Source: Pavona decussata (taxonomy: Eukaryota). From it: a stretch of DNA of 64,000 nt. The stretch's first letter is position 1. Each line of letters opens with the position of its first letter. The notes beneath the pieces are model-generated. The model was not told the origin of the DNA. It did no database searches and was given only the letters and a program-made list of their open reading frames with translations. The position numbers were made by a program, and so were the translations under genes. Shown piece after piece: positions 62,830-64,000 of the stretch. Location: NCBI GenBank assembly GCA_977016875.1, contig CDRNST010000196.1, positions 3,286,001 to 3,350,000 on the forward strand, written 5' to 3'.

Positions 62830-63545
62830 AAACAAAGCAAAATTAAATGCGAGCTTTGATGCCAGCTGGCAAAAGTGGGGATCTGGCAGAGCTCACAATA
62901 GTCTGTCAGGTATGTATAATCATAAGTTGATTTTTTTATATAATCTGTGGGAAAATATTCCGGAAAAGTAGAATAGAAGACGAGTCAGTCATCTTACACT
63001 CGGCAGCTTGTTTACAGTCTCTTTGGTTATGTAATGTTTCACATTGTATCTCAGTAAATCATGGTCACTTAACATAAGAAATTCTCCAGTATTACTACAA
63101 CAATAGTGTGGGACAGAAATATAATTTAACAGGCAATACGTGGTCTTATTTTAGGTCAATGATGCATACAGTCTCTCCTCTTGAAGTATCACAATGAAGT
63201 TCAGTACCAACCGAGATAGACTGCACAGGAAACGAAAAAAGCAGGGAGACCAGTAAAGCTTACAAAATAAACAGAATAGTTAGAAAGAAGGCTAAGAAAT
63301 CACACACAGACCAGGCAGCAATACTTGAAGGAACAACATATGAAAGTGGTGTACAGTTCAGTGCCATTCAAGCAGGTTTAACTTTAATCCCCACTCCATT
63401 TGATCCACCAACATCTACCCCTCTGAGTTCATCTGATTTCTATCTACCTACCTACCTACCTACCTACCCACCCAAGCTGTCACTTGTTCATCTGATTTCC
63501 AGAAATCAACACTTGTTGTGTTTGACCTTGAGACCTCCACTTTAG
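62830..63545 (+). pseudogene. Kolobok/Mutator-like transposase exons followed by DEDD exonuclease start
   Basis: ASFDASWQKWGSGRAHNSLS-donor (to 62909); ...AILEGTTYESGV (about 63320-63355); TLVVFDLETSTL-donor (about 63509-63544). Confidence 0.5.
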
Positions 63546-64000
63546 GTAAAAGTACCCTTTCTTGCTGATTAATGAAATGAATAACACTGTTTTCTCATGC
63601 TTCACTTCATTCTAATACCTATGACATAGCTTCAATTCTTGTTGATAAATTGGGATATATACTTGTGTAATGCAACTGACGATTAGCTGGGTGTAATAAG
63701 AGACCAAACCAATCAAATATTCCACAGAAAGTTGATTTCTGACAGATAATTGACTCAAATGAAGTAATATCTTGATAAATCGCTGCCAAATCAACAAAAA
63801 TCATTGATTTAGTGGAAAACATATACAACTGTAATGAAGCTTAATGATATGCATCCCCAGCCCATATAATTCCACCAGAATCATTAACGCTTATGTTTTG
63901 ACTTTTACTTTCTTGGCTGATTAACAAAAACACCCTCTGGTAGTAAGAGTGATGACATAGCAAGTGGCACATTAGCACAATGAGCTCCTCTACCTCAATG

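Noticed and set aside
63443-63472. (CTAC)n tract
   Set aside because: Ordinary intronic microsatellite.

Overview
Eukaryotic, AT-rich DNA with no recognisable cellular gene. The repeat repertoire suggests an anthozoan/stony coral, but that is inference. Almost the whole window is a stack of nested, mostly decayed transposons whose order can be read from target-site duplications (TSDs) and from reading frames that rejoin once inserts are removed. Outermost is a minus-strand AcademH/DUF6589-type transposase gene. One of its introns (862-50264) holds a Harbinger element (1077-50104). That Harbinger contains a DIRS-like gag relic, an AcademH mini-element, and a TTAA-flanked TIR element > BEL/Pao > Gypsy. 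It also contains, splitting its transposase exactly in frame, a 30.4-kb TIR element (19520-49893; about 12 kb without later inserts). This element encodes a multi-exon RAG1/Transib/Chapaev-like transposase apparently fused to a Ulp1 protease, plus a Ser/Thr kinase. It in turn hosts Crypton > Sola3 > Kolobok-like MITE, AcademX > CR1/L2 fragment, and a full-length L1/Tx1 > Penelope hairpin + MITE. The right end holds an SF3 helicase relic, a Gypsy integrase/LTR relic, tandem arrays, a second kinase fragment and a Kolobok-like transposase/DEDD exonuclease relic. The best novelty candidates are (1) the transposase-Ulp1 + kinase element and (2) the Crypton-terminal hairpin built from repeated tandem GA/GA mismatches and a GCA apex, which looks like a folded single-strand substrate for a tyrosine recombinase. 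All family calls are by motif recognition, not database search.
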